Under the pieces are notes generated by a model. The model saw only the letters and a list, made by a program, of their open reading frames with translations. It was not told the DNA's origin and ran no database searches. Source: a virus (Duplodnaviria; Caudoviricetes). Taken from it: DNA of 42,449 nt. The position numbers were made by a program, and so were the translations under genes. Of the stretch, positions 17,099 to 23,968 are shown piece by piece (the first letter of the stretch is position 1; every line of letters starts with the position of its first letter). The stretch spans positions 1 to 42,449 of the IMG/VR virus record IMGVR_UViG_3300030207_000811; one strand, 5' to 3'.

Positions 17099-17500
17099 TC
17101 AGGAAGCAGGGTCGCAAGCTCCCAAGCTCTCAAGCTTCAAGCGAACAAGCTCCCAACCCTGAGCCAAAGGCTCAAGCCTCAAGCCAGAAGTCACAAGCTC
17201 AAGGACCTGTGAACCAGGGTACAAGCGGACCTTCCCCTTATCCGGGGCACAAGCAACAAGGATAAAGGTATTGTTAGGATGTTTCACGTGAAACGATATC
17301 TGATGTGCAGATATTTGGACTTTTAGGGATTTAACTGATTTTAATTCCAGTGTGAAAAAGTGGCCGTGAGGAGAATAACCCAATAGATCAGGAGTGCCAA
17401 GTAAGGCCCAGTTTTCAATCCTAATCCACGAAATTTTAGGTGTTTCAATTTTTAATTTCCTCCATAAACTACGTTCAGAAATAACTTTATTCTGACCCAT
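17099..17500 (-). CDS. PD-(D/E)XK nuclease, VRR-NUC/Holliday junction resolvase-like
   Basis: RIEN...GTPDLLG...LELK...ISAHQ. Confidence 0.75.
   Translation of the reverse strand: MGQNKVISERSLWRKLKIETPKISWIRIENWALLGTPDLLGYSPHGHFFTLELKSVKSLKVQISAHQISFHVKHPNNTFILVACAPDKGKVRLYPGSQVLELVTSGLRLEPLAQGWELVRLKLESLGACDPAS
17115..17254 (+). repeat. CAAGC repeat array
   Basis: Ten exact CAAGC copies in one orientation; the first five are spaced 7-8 nt apart. Confidence 0.85.
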
Positions 17501-17517
17501 AATTCAATCCAAAGGAA

Positions 17518-17742
17518 TTACAAAATTTTAATGGGCATGCCCATTTTTTCTGTAGGTTTTTTGCAAGTTAAAACTAATCGATGGGTTTCTTTACTACCAA
17601 TTATTTTATTTTCAAGAAGTTTCCCACCAGTAATGTCATAAAATTCTCCGTTAGGTAATTCTATTTGAACTCTAGCAGCTTGACACACTGGAGATTGAAA
17701 AAACTTATCTAAACCTGATCTGAATGTCTTTCCGTCTATCAT
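17518..17742 (-). CDS. hypothetical protein
   Basis: 74 aa ORF divergent from terS. Confidence 0.65.
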   Translation of the reverse strand: MIDGKTFRSGLDKFFQSPVCQAARVQIELPNGEFYDITGGKLLENKIIGSKETHRLVLTCKKPTEKMGMPIKIL

Positions 17743-17788
17743 ATTTCTAGCTTGATATATAAACCATGTAGGATATATTGCAACTATT

Positions 17789-18253
17789 ATGGCCAGACCA
17801 AAAGCTTTAACGAATCAACAAGAAAAGTTTTGTTATTATCTTGTATTTGGAAACCCAGAAACAGGGAATCCTTGTAGTAAATCAGAAGCTGCTAAGCTAG
17901 CAGGATACAAAGACCCTGTATATTATGGAAGTAGACTCTGTAACGTAGATAAATATCCACTTGTTGTAGCATTTAAACATGAACTCGAACGAGAGTTAAA
18001 AGAAAAATACTCAATCAATTACGACGGACACGTCAGTAAGATGGGTGAACTACGGGATCTAGCCAAAGACAACAAACAATTTTCTAGTGCAATCAGAGCA
18101 GAGGAATTAAGAGGTAGACTCCAGGGCTACTACATAGAACAAAAAGCTATACTTCACAAAAAGGTGTCAGCAGATGATGCTAAAAAGAATATAAATAGAT
18201 ACGAGGATATAGTAAAAGCTAGAAAAATAACGTCTAAATTAATTAAAGACTAA
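17789..18253 (+). CDS. terS: terminase small subunit (putative)
   Basis: LTNQQEKFC...SEAAKLAGY helix-turn-helix and AIRAEELRG, typical of TerS; preceded by TTGATA-16 nt-TATATT. Confidence 0.7.
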   Translation: MARPKALTNQQEKFCYYLVFGNPETGNPCSKSEAAKLAGYKDPVYYGSRLCNVDKYPLVVAFKHELERELKEKYSINYDGHVSKMGELRDLAKDNKQFSSAIRAEELRGRLQGYYIEQKAILHKKVSADDAKKNINRYEDIVKARKITSKLIKD

Positions 18254-18537
18254 ATCGGAATCTTCTCCATTTTAACAATACAACCCACAGGAAAAACATT
18301 ACGGTCAGAAAATGAAACGTCTTTATCTTCATATGATGCAAATGTCCAAACGAATTTGGAAGTCTTTTTATATATGTATGCATGTGTTATCATTTTGCTG
18401 CATTCGAATTTATCAAATTCTTCGACTGATGCATGCCCCGCATCCCCAGTTATATCGACCCACTCGAGTCTATAAAAGAAATACTTCTTCGAACCGATCA
18501 CGACGTGTTTAAATTTGGATTTCTTATTTCTGCGCAT
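18250..18537 (-). CDS. hypothetical protein
   Basis: 95 aa; LEWVDITGDAG and FPVGCIVKM. Confidence 0.7.
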   Translation of the reverse strand: MRRNKKSKFKHVVIGSKKYFFYRLEWVDITGDAGHASVEEFDKFECSKMITHAYIYKKTSKFVWTFASYEDKDVSFSDRNVFPVGCIVKMEKIPI

Positions 18538-18560
18538 GGCTATGTATACTCCAGGTTTTA

Positions 18561-18770
18561 TAATTTATAAATTTATTTATAGAATCATATGCGCGCGTCC
18601 CTTGTATCGTTGGTATTACTAGGTTTTTAGCAATTGTACCAATTGTACCTGATTGTACCAACCCCTTTTGGTACAAAAATGAACGAATAAGTGTTGGTAT
18701 TACTATCTTTTTTAAATTGTACCAATTGTACCAAGGTTTAAAAAAAATAAAAAAATTTTTTTTATTTTTA
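18561..18770. repeat. iteron-like ATTGTACC array with AT-rich flanks (candidate replication origin)
   Basis: ATTGTACC at 18633, 18642, 18652, 18716, 18725; inverted GGTACAA at 18670; GTTGGTATTACTA at 18609 and 18693. Confidence 0.7.
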
Positions 18771-18830
18771 TACAGAAAAGTGTATACAATACCCCTCATG
18801 GTCAAATTATACTGGAATTTCCTATACTTT

Positions 18831-19541
18831 TTAATCATTTTTTGTACCTTCGTCGTTTGGAGTCTTGGTACAATTTGCATAATATTGGTCCACCTTCTTC
18901 AAGAAGGTGTGCATATAGCCCTGAAATTCTTTGTCAGACACTTCAAACTTCTGAAAGAATCCATCTTTACTACACATTAGAATGATTCCAGACTGTATCT
19001 CTGTATCATAGACACAGTTATGGGCCATAGCATAAGCTGCTAACTGGGTGAAGTAGTCATCAATCCACTCACGCTGTTTAGGTTTATTAGTTTGTTTGAA
19101 GTCAATGATCGCAGGTTTACCAGCATAAACACCAACCACATCTGTTTGTCCGGCGTACAACCCAGGGTAGTACAGTGTAACTTCCGTACCCCAGACCTCT
19201 CCCAGGTCCCCGAGCCCTGATCGAATAACCACATCAGCCATTTTTCCTGCCTCCTGGCCCAAGGCGGTAAGATCTAGGTGTCTCTCGTCCTTTATATAGC
19301 CCTCTAAATAGGTATGCATCGAGGTGCCTCGCATCGCGGATATATCTCTGATCCGATCAGCAGTCTGTCTACCCATTCGAGCCTGCCAATTAGCGAGACT
19401 CTTACGCTTCTCTTCCGACTGCGTTGCTGACAATATAGTAGTAACACTAGGTAATTTCTCACCTATAATATCGTAATGTCTTTTACCGTTCACCAAAGAT
19501 CGAGTCGATGGTGGATACGTAAATTTTTTATTCCAGATCAT
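18831..19541 (-). CDS. PD-(D/E)XK exonuclease
   Basis: LPSVTTILS, RGTSMH, YAGQTD, IIDFKQ, QLAAYA. Confidence 0.85.
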   Translation of the reverse strand: MIWNKKFTYPPSTRSLVNGKRHYDIIGEKLPSVTTILSATQSEEKRKSLANWQARMGRQTADRIRDISAMRGTSMHTYLEGYIKDERHLDLTALGQEAGKMADVVIRSGLGDLGEVWGTEVTLYYPGLYAGQTDVVGVYAGKPAIIDFKQTNKPKQREWIDDYFTQLAAYAMAHNCVYDTEIQSGIILMCSKDGFFQKFEVSDKEFQGYMHTFLKKVDQYYANCTKTPNDEGTKND

Positions 19542-20071
19542 TGTGTATCTGCTATTACGTTTAGATCAAAAGCTACAATCTTCTTAACTTGTTTAGATAA
19601 ATTATGAGGCGTAAAATGTCCGACGTGACTAGGTACAATAACCATATCACCTTCATTCACTGCCATGTCATGATACTGTGTATGTCCTGTAACCCAATCA
19701 GGATTAGCATTTACAAAAACAGTATGAGGCATCTTATCTTTTAAAGTCAAGTATACAATTCCTGACAGTCCTTTGTTGTTATGATTATGATACGGATGAT
19801 AGTCACCTGTCTTATAACTTGCTGACCATACATCTGTTATCTCACAATGTTTCTTAATCATAGTTGCAAAACCATTCAACTCTTCTTGAAATATTTCTCG
19901 AAAAGGTTCTACAAAATTAGAACCACGATTCGATGCAAAGGTTTGTAATTGCGTAGGTTTTTCACGATACGTACGCAATAGTTTTTCTATGTTTTTCTTC
20001 TTAACTGTAAAATTATTTACTCTAGTTTTCCAAAATGGAACAACAAATAAAGCATCACTTGTCCACGTCAT
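19538..20071 (-). CDS. 2OG-Fe(II) oxygenase superfamily protein
   Basis: W...YKTGDYHPYHNH...LSGIVYL...EGDMVIVPS...H...IVAFD. Confidence 0.8.
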   Translation of the reverse strand: MTWTSDALFVVPFWKTRVNNFTVKKKNIEKLLRTYREKPTQLQTFASNRGSNFVEPFREIFQEELNGFATMIKKHCEITDVWSASYKTGDYHPYHNHNNKGLSGIVYLTLKDKMPHTVFVNANPDWVTGHTQYHDMAVNEGDMVIVPSHVGHFTPHNLSKQVKKIVAFDLNVIADTQ

Positions 20072-20490
20072 TAAACCTCCAGACTCATGTATTGTTTATA
20101 TTTTTCTAAATCGACAACGTTGCCATTCATTACTTGGCCGCCATAGTGATCAATGATCTTTTGTATACCTTCCATTTTTACATGGGTGTATGGCCACAAC
20201 AATCTAGCTACAAAGTATGCATCTCTAAACTGACATCTCCAACGCCATTGTTTTTTCCAACCCACAGTGTATGGTGTCTTGTATCTTTTTTCTCCAACTG
20301 TACCAACCTGCAATACTTCATGGACCCAACGTAGAACAGACTCATCTGTCATTGCCATCTCCATTCTGATACTCCAGGTAGGGTAAGCTTTCTTCTGGTG
20401 TTTACGTTTACGCATGTATTGTTTGTAAGTTATACAGCCCTCACCATCAAATAACCCGGCTATATAACTTATATCTGATTCCGATATCAC
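20071..20490 (-). CDS. single-motif LAGLIDADG endonuclease-like protein
   Basis: YIAGLFDGEGCI motif. Confidence 0.8.
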   Translation of the reverse strand: MISESDISYIAGLFDGEGCITYKQYMRKRKHQKKAYPTWSIRMEMAMTDESVLRWVHEVLQVGTVGEKRYKTPYTVGWKKQWRWRCQFRDAYFVARLLWPYTHVKMEGIQKIIDHYGGQVMNGNVVDLEKYKQYMSLEV

Positions 20491-20681
20491 AATACTTTAC
20501 CTTGGTTTCTTACAAGTCTAAAATTATTATTTTCTTCTAACAATCTTTCAAACTCTTCCTCAAGTACCTTGTTCTTCTCAATGAGTTTTTTATTTGAATT
20601 TTTTAAATACTCATTTTGATTTGTAAGGTACTCGATTTGATATTCCAAGTCGTTAGGTCCTCTAGTGTTTTGTTTCTGCAA
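20487..20681 (-). CDS. coiled-coil hypothetical protein
   Basis: Heptad Leu pattern; GGAGG upstream of the TTG start. Confidence 0.6.
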   Translation of the reverse strand: MQKQNTRGPNDLEYQIEYLTNQNEYLKNSNKKLIEKNKVLEEEFERLLEENNNFRLVRNQGKVL

Positions 20682-20820
20682 CGTCTACCTCCCCTTGGTT
20701 ATTACAAAAATCACAATCGGCCCATTGTTCTTCTCTTACTTGTTCGTAAGGAATTCTAATAAACCCATTGCCTTTACATACTTCGCAGATCTTCTTAGTC
20801 TTTTTTTCTGACTTTTCCAT
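20662..20820 (-). CDS. DnaJ-type zinc-finger micro-protein
   Basis: Manual translation MEKSEKKTKKICEVCKGNGFIRIPYEQVREEQWADCDFCNNQGEVDVAETKH. Confidence 0.75.
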   Translation of the reverse strand: MEKSEKKTKKICEVCKGNGFIRIPYEQVREEQWADCDFCNNQGEVDVAETKH

Positions 20821-20971
20821 TCAGTTTCCTCGCTTTCTCATTCACTAATATACTTATAGTTTGTGATCTACTTAGCACTGTGTCTGGTTGTATGACTTTT
20901 CTTATCTTATCAATGAGATCATATGTTTTATGACTCAGGGATACATTTTTATATTTTGTTATGTCGGTCAT
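20795..20971 (-). CDS. ribbon-helix-helix-like DNA-binding protein
   Basis: Manual translation MTDITKYKNVSLSHKTYDLIDKIRKVIQPDTVLSRSQTISILVNEKARKLNGKVRKKD; AAGGAG RBS. Confidence 0.65.
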   Translation of the reverse strand: MTDITKYKNVSLSHKTYDLIDKIRKVIQPDTVLSRSQTISILVNEKARKLNGKVRKKD

Positions 20972-21034
20972 GTGATATACTCCTTTCTCAGATTTATCAT
21001 ATGGGATTTATCTCACAATATACAATAGGTGTCA

Positions 21035-21247
21035 ATGAAATTTATTTTAATGTTAATAATGTGTTCTGGAATATCAGGACAATGTATTCCTCCATATGAA
21101 TGGCCTGAAAGATTCGATACTATGTATGAGTGTTTACAGTTTGGTTATGGTGAAGCATCTAACAAATTAACTCAGCTTGGACCTGACACGGTCAATGAAT
21201 CCTACGCTCACATTAAATTTTATTGTCAACCAGTTACAGAAACATAA
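21035..21247 (+). CDS. small exported/membrane Cys-containing protein
   Basis: MKFILMLIMCSGISGQC hydrophobic N-terminus, four Cys. Confidence 0.65.
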   Translation: MKFILMLIMCSGISGQCIPPYEWPERFDTMYECLQFGYGEASNKLTQLGPDTVNESYAHIKFYCQPVTET

Positions 21248-21254
21248 TCCATTT

Positions 21255-21464
21255 CAACCCCCCTGGTTTCCGTGCACGTACTCCCAGGAGAGCAAAGGCT
21301 CCACACCTCCACAGTAATTGCTGCTTCTTAGGTTGCCGTACAGGGACTAGCGCGAGGCGTTGTATGGACGGAGGTCCTTTTCAGTTTCTTTGTGGCTCTC
21401 GGTAGGTCTCACCCGAGATTATTCCTAGCACATGCCGTGCATCGCATCCAAGACCAATGGGCCA
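21255..21464 (-). ncRNA. candidate structured non-coding RNA
   Basis: GC-rich gap between convergent genes with several stems whose G-U pairs favour the minus strand. Confidence 0.5.
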
Positions 21465-21680
21465 CTAATTCATTATACAACCGTAAAAGTCACCACTACC
21501 ATCATTCATTACATGAGCGTTGATAGGATAGTCCTGATACGTTGTAAGCTTTAACCTAATAATGTCACACAAATCAAAAAAATTAATTTGATCTTTGTTA
21601 AACAACATCATGTCAGTCATCATTTCTTTTGTCACTTCGACTAGATGATACATCCCGTCTGTTAATATAATGAGGTCCAT
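21465..21680 (-). CDS. hypothetical protein
   Basis: 71 aa, AAGGAG RBS. Confidence 0.65.
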   Translation of the reverse strand: MDLIILTDGMYHLVEVTKEMMTDMMLFNKDQINFFDLCDIIRLKLTTYQDYPINAHVMNDGSGDFYGCIMN

Positions 21681-21843
21681 TACACCACTCCTTTATGTAT
21701 TTGTACCAAAGATCTTTATATTTAGGATCTTTAGTTTTTTCCCAAAGGTTAGCGACATCATCTATCTTGTTCTGATATTTGTCCACCAATTTTAGTCCCC
21801 CATAATATAGTTTTCCTGATCCCCGGTGCCTTAATCTCGACAT
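21613..21843 (-). CDS. hypothetical protein (true start probably the downstream GTG, VDKYQ)
   Basis: LWEKTKDPKYKDLWYK core; overlaps neighbours. Confidence 0.5.
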   Translation of the reverse strand: MSRLRHRGSGKLYYGGLKLVDKYQNKIDDVANLWEKTKDPKYKDLWYKYIKEWCNGPHYINRRDVSSSRSDKRNDD

Positions 21844-21955
21844 CTACACCATATGGTTTCCAGGCTTTCTTCATTAGGTTTAACTCCAATAGAAAATTAA
21901 TCCATTGTTTTTGAGTTATGCCTTTTGGTTTTATTGTTATTATTTTTTCTTTCAT
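21758..21955 (-). CDS. hypothetical protein, probably leaderless
   Basis: 65 aa directly after a promoter -10 element. Confidence 0.65.
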   Translation of the reverse strand: MKEKIITIKPKGITQKQWINFLLELNLMKKAWKPYGVDVEIKAPGIRKTILWGTKIGGQISEQDR

Positions 21956-21961
21956 AAGGAT

Positions 21962-21989
21962 AATATAATATCCCAGAAAATAATGTCAA
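21962..21989 (-). promoter_or_regulatory. sigma70-like promoter containing TGGGATATTATA
   Basis: Minus strand TTGACA-16 nt-TATATT. Confidence 0.6.
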
Positions 21990-21990
21990 G

Positions 21991-22125
21991 CTATTGTTTT
22001 CTGCCCTGACGATTATATTTTTTATGTGATCTTTTCTCGTTTTTGTTGAGTTTTTTCTTATGACGTCGAGGACGTTTGGGAGGTTTATCTCGAGGTACGA
22101 AGTGTGTAAACTTAACTCTCGCCAT
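21991..22125 (-). CDS. 44-aa highly basic micro-protein
   Basis: Manual translation MARVKFTHFVPRDKPPKRPRRHKKKLNKNEKRSHKKYNRQGRKQ. Confidence 0.65.
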   Translation of the reverse strand: MARVKFTHFVPRDKPPKRPRRHKKKLNKNEKRSHKKYNRQGRKQ

Positions 22126-22342
22126 CGTTAAAGTATCTGTCTAAGTCTGATTTCAATGTGTTGGGATGCATTGTTGGTATATAACTTATCTTACCATTTA
22201 CGTGTTGCTCTAAGTCTGCACCACACGTCATACATCTATAGAATTCTTTTGTAAGTCCCACTAATAAAGTGTGTTCATCACAGGTAGGACATTTACCTGT
22301 AACAATTTCTGCTTTAAATTTTAGAAAACCTTTTCCTGTCAT
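22112..22342 (-). CDS. zinc-ribbon protein
   Basis: CPTC and CMTC pairs. Confidence 0.7.
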   Translation of the reverse strand: MTGKGFLKFKAEIVTGKCPTCDEHTLLVGLTKEFYRCMTCGADLEQHVNGKISYIPTMHPNTLKSDLDRYFNDGES

Positions 22343-22427
22343 ATATTCTTTTATTCTTTATCACTTTTTGTTTGAAATGTCTAAGTTGTCTAGCCACAGG
22401 GTTGCGTTTCTTATTTGCTTTCTTCAT
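22314..22427 (-). CDS. 37-aa basic protein with ArfA-like pattern
   Basis: Manual translation MKKANKKRNPVARQLRHFKQKVIKNKRIYDRKRFSKI; TAATG coupling. Confidence 0.6.
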   Translation of the reverse strand: MKKANKKRNPVARQLRHFKQKVIKNKRIYDRKRFSKI

Positions 22428-22642
22428 TATTCTAAGATTAATGAAAGAATTTTTTTCTCCCCCATGTATACTTCTACGTTTGCTTTAGATTGAATGCATT
22501 TGAATGTGACTCTCTCACCAGGACTTCTGTCCTTCATCGCATAACGTCTGGCTTTCATACAAGAACTTAGACTCTCGTGATAACGATGCTCTATAATTTT
22601 ATGATCCTGTAAAAGTAACAGGGCAAAAACCATCTCAACCAT
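22427..22642 (-). CDS. hypothetical protein
   Basis: 71 aa, TAATG coupling. Confidence 0.65.
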   Translation of the reverse strand: MVEMVFALLLLQDHKIIEHRYHESLSSCMKARRYAMKDRSPGERVTFKCIQSKANVEVYMGEKKILSLILE

Positions 22643-23040
22643 TAGTGTCCACTCCCATTTCTAATTAACTTCTCTACGTCTTCTGTAAGTTTTTCTGTTC
22701 TGCTTTTTAAAAAGTCGATGTTAACGGCATTGTTTCTCATGCCTTTAATCTCTGTATCTATATCCTCTACGACGCTGCTCAAATGTTCCACCAACATGAA
22801 AAGCTCCGCCTCCCCACTTGACTGACCAAGTTCTCCACGCGGGTATTTGATTCTAAATTCTGAGTTAGCCTCTAAATCTTTTTGCATCAACTCTATTTTT
22901 GTTGAGTGCTGATTGAGAGTTTCATGAAGACCGAAGTATGCCCAGGTCCCAATCGCCACCATCATGATCAACGAGGCAACCGTCTTCATCGGCATCTGCA
23001 CCGCTGCTTGTTCCGATATTTTGAGTGGTTTGTTGCTCAT
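22642..23040 (-). CDS. membrane-anchored coiled-coil protein
   Basis: One TM segment (VASLIMMVAIGTWAYFGL) followed by coiled coil. Confidence 0.7.
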   Translation of the reverse strand: MSNKPLKISEQAAVQMPMKTVASLIMMVAIGTWAYFGLHETLNQHSTKIELMQKDLEANSEFRIKYPRGELGQSSGEAELFMLVEHLSSVVEDIDTEIKGMRNNAVNIDFLKSRTEKLTEDVEKLIRNGSGH

Positions 23041-23120
23041 CTAGGAATATAACCTGGCTCCAGAAAGAAGGCCATGAGAACGAATAATACAATCAAAACT
23101 CCCGTGAAATAATAATTCAT
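23037..23120 (-). CDS. 27-aa single-TM peptide
   Basis: MNYYFTGVLIVLFVLMAFFLEPGYIPR, GAGG RBS, ATGA overlap. Confidence 0.5.
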   Translation of the reverse strand: MNYYFTGVLIVLFVLMAFFLEPGYIPR

Positions 23121-23141
23121 TCCTGGCTACCTCTATCATAA

Positions 23142-23213
23142 CTAATTCCAGATTTTTCTTTTTAAGTTTCTAATTGGTCTTACGATCCATTTTCTAATAA
23201 ATGCTCTAATCAT
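23142..23213 (-). CDS. 23-aa amphipathic basic peptide
   Basis: MIRAFIRKWIVRPIRNLKRKIWN, TAATG coupling. Confidence 0.4.
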   Translation of the reverse strand: MIRAFIRKWIVRPIRNLKRKIWN

Positions 23214-23317
23214 TATATTATGATTGCCCCTACTATGAATCCTGCTACGAAACAGATTATCTCTGTTCTGTAATGTAGCTGCCAGACCATAAATTTATCT
23301 TTGTATTTACTTATCAT
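23213..23317 (-). CDS. 34-aa single-TM peptide
   Basis: MISKYKDKFMVWQLHYRTEIICFVAGFIVGAIII, GGAGG RBS. Confidence 0.5.
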   Translation of the reverse strand: MISKYKDKFMVWQLHYRTEIICFVAGFIVGAIII

Positions 23318-23966
23318 CGTTTTCCTCCAAGTTCCTCAGCTGATAGTCATAACTTCCTTCTTCATGCTCATCCGTTATCCATTTAGCTGAATTTTCTACG
23401 GAGTATATCTTACTTGTTACAAGTCTGTTAATCAAGTTTTTTGATGGGTCTACACCCATAGATGCATCAAACATTTTAAGCCTATTATTGGGCTGTATTG
23501 CGAAGTTTCCGTCCTCTAATTGAAGAACATGACCGCATTTATGCTGGTCTGGTTTCTCTGCATAACCAAAATTTAATTCGTTGAAATCACCTGCGCACCA
23601 GTCGATTGTAAATAGGTATTTACCTTTACGTTTTACTTTACGTCGTGATGTGTATTGCATAGTTGCACCAGCTAACTCATAAAAAGTTGTGACACTTACA
23701 TTATAGCTAAAGCTGTCCCACATAACTAACTCGTCCAAAGGTAATTCTTTTACACCTGGTTTTGTACAGAAAGCTGAGATAGGTGCTCGCCACCACAAAC
23801 CACCATCTTCCATTAAGAAATGAAACAACGGTACTCTGTTTGGTATAGAACTAAAACCAAATACTCCTACTTCAAAATATTTATCGTGAGAATCTTTTTG
23901 ATCTCTTAAATAATTACCTCTGACATAACACTCTATGACAGGTATGTTTGCATTTAAATAAGCCAT
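23307..23966 (-). CDS. conserved phage protein of unknown function (MAYLNANIP)
   Basis: 219 aa directly after DNA polymerase; YLFTIDW, HKCGH, QPNNR motifs. Confidence 0.75.
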   Translation of the reverse strand: MAYLNANIPVIECYVRGNYLRDQKDSHDKYFEVGVFGFSSIPNRVPLFHFLMEDGGLWWRAPISAFCTKPGVKELPLDELVMWDSFSYNVSVTTFYELAGATMQYTSRRKVKRKGKYLFTIDWCAGDFNELNFGYAEKPDQHKCGHVLQLEDGNFAIQPNNRLKMFDASMGVDPSKNLINRLVTSKIYSVENSAKWITDEHEEGSYDYQLRNLEENDDK

Positions 23967-23968
23967 AG

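Noticed and set aside
17115-17254. CAAGC and ATTGTACC arrays as a CRISPR or mini-CRISPR
   Set aside because: Units are only 5-13 nt with no 25-45 nt unique spacers, and no cas genes are present
17044-17265. Plus-strand 73-aa ORF
   Set aside because: The C-terminal part is just the translated CAAGC array (SSQA repeats) antisense to the nuclease; a short real N-terminal peptide (MVWYHPKYY) cannot be excluded
18524-18980. ORFs 18524..18880 (-) and 18717..18980 (+)
   Set aside because: They translate the iteron and poly-A/T region into low-complexity sequence; better explained as non-coding repeats
18831-19541. Cas4 / CRISPR-associated function
   Set aside because: Lacks the Cas4 four-Cys cluster; a generic PD-(D/E)XK exonuclease is sufficient
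21255-21464. tRNA, SRP RNA, or HDV/glmS/hammerhead ribozyme assignment
   Set aside because: Only fragments match (AAGAAGCAGC, CCTCGC); no cloverleaf or complete consensus could be built by eye, so it is kept as an unassigned RNA candidate
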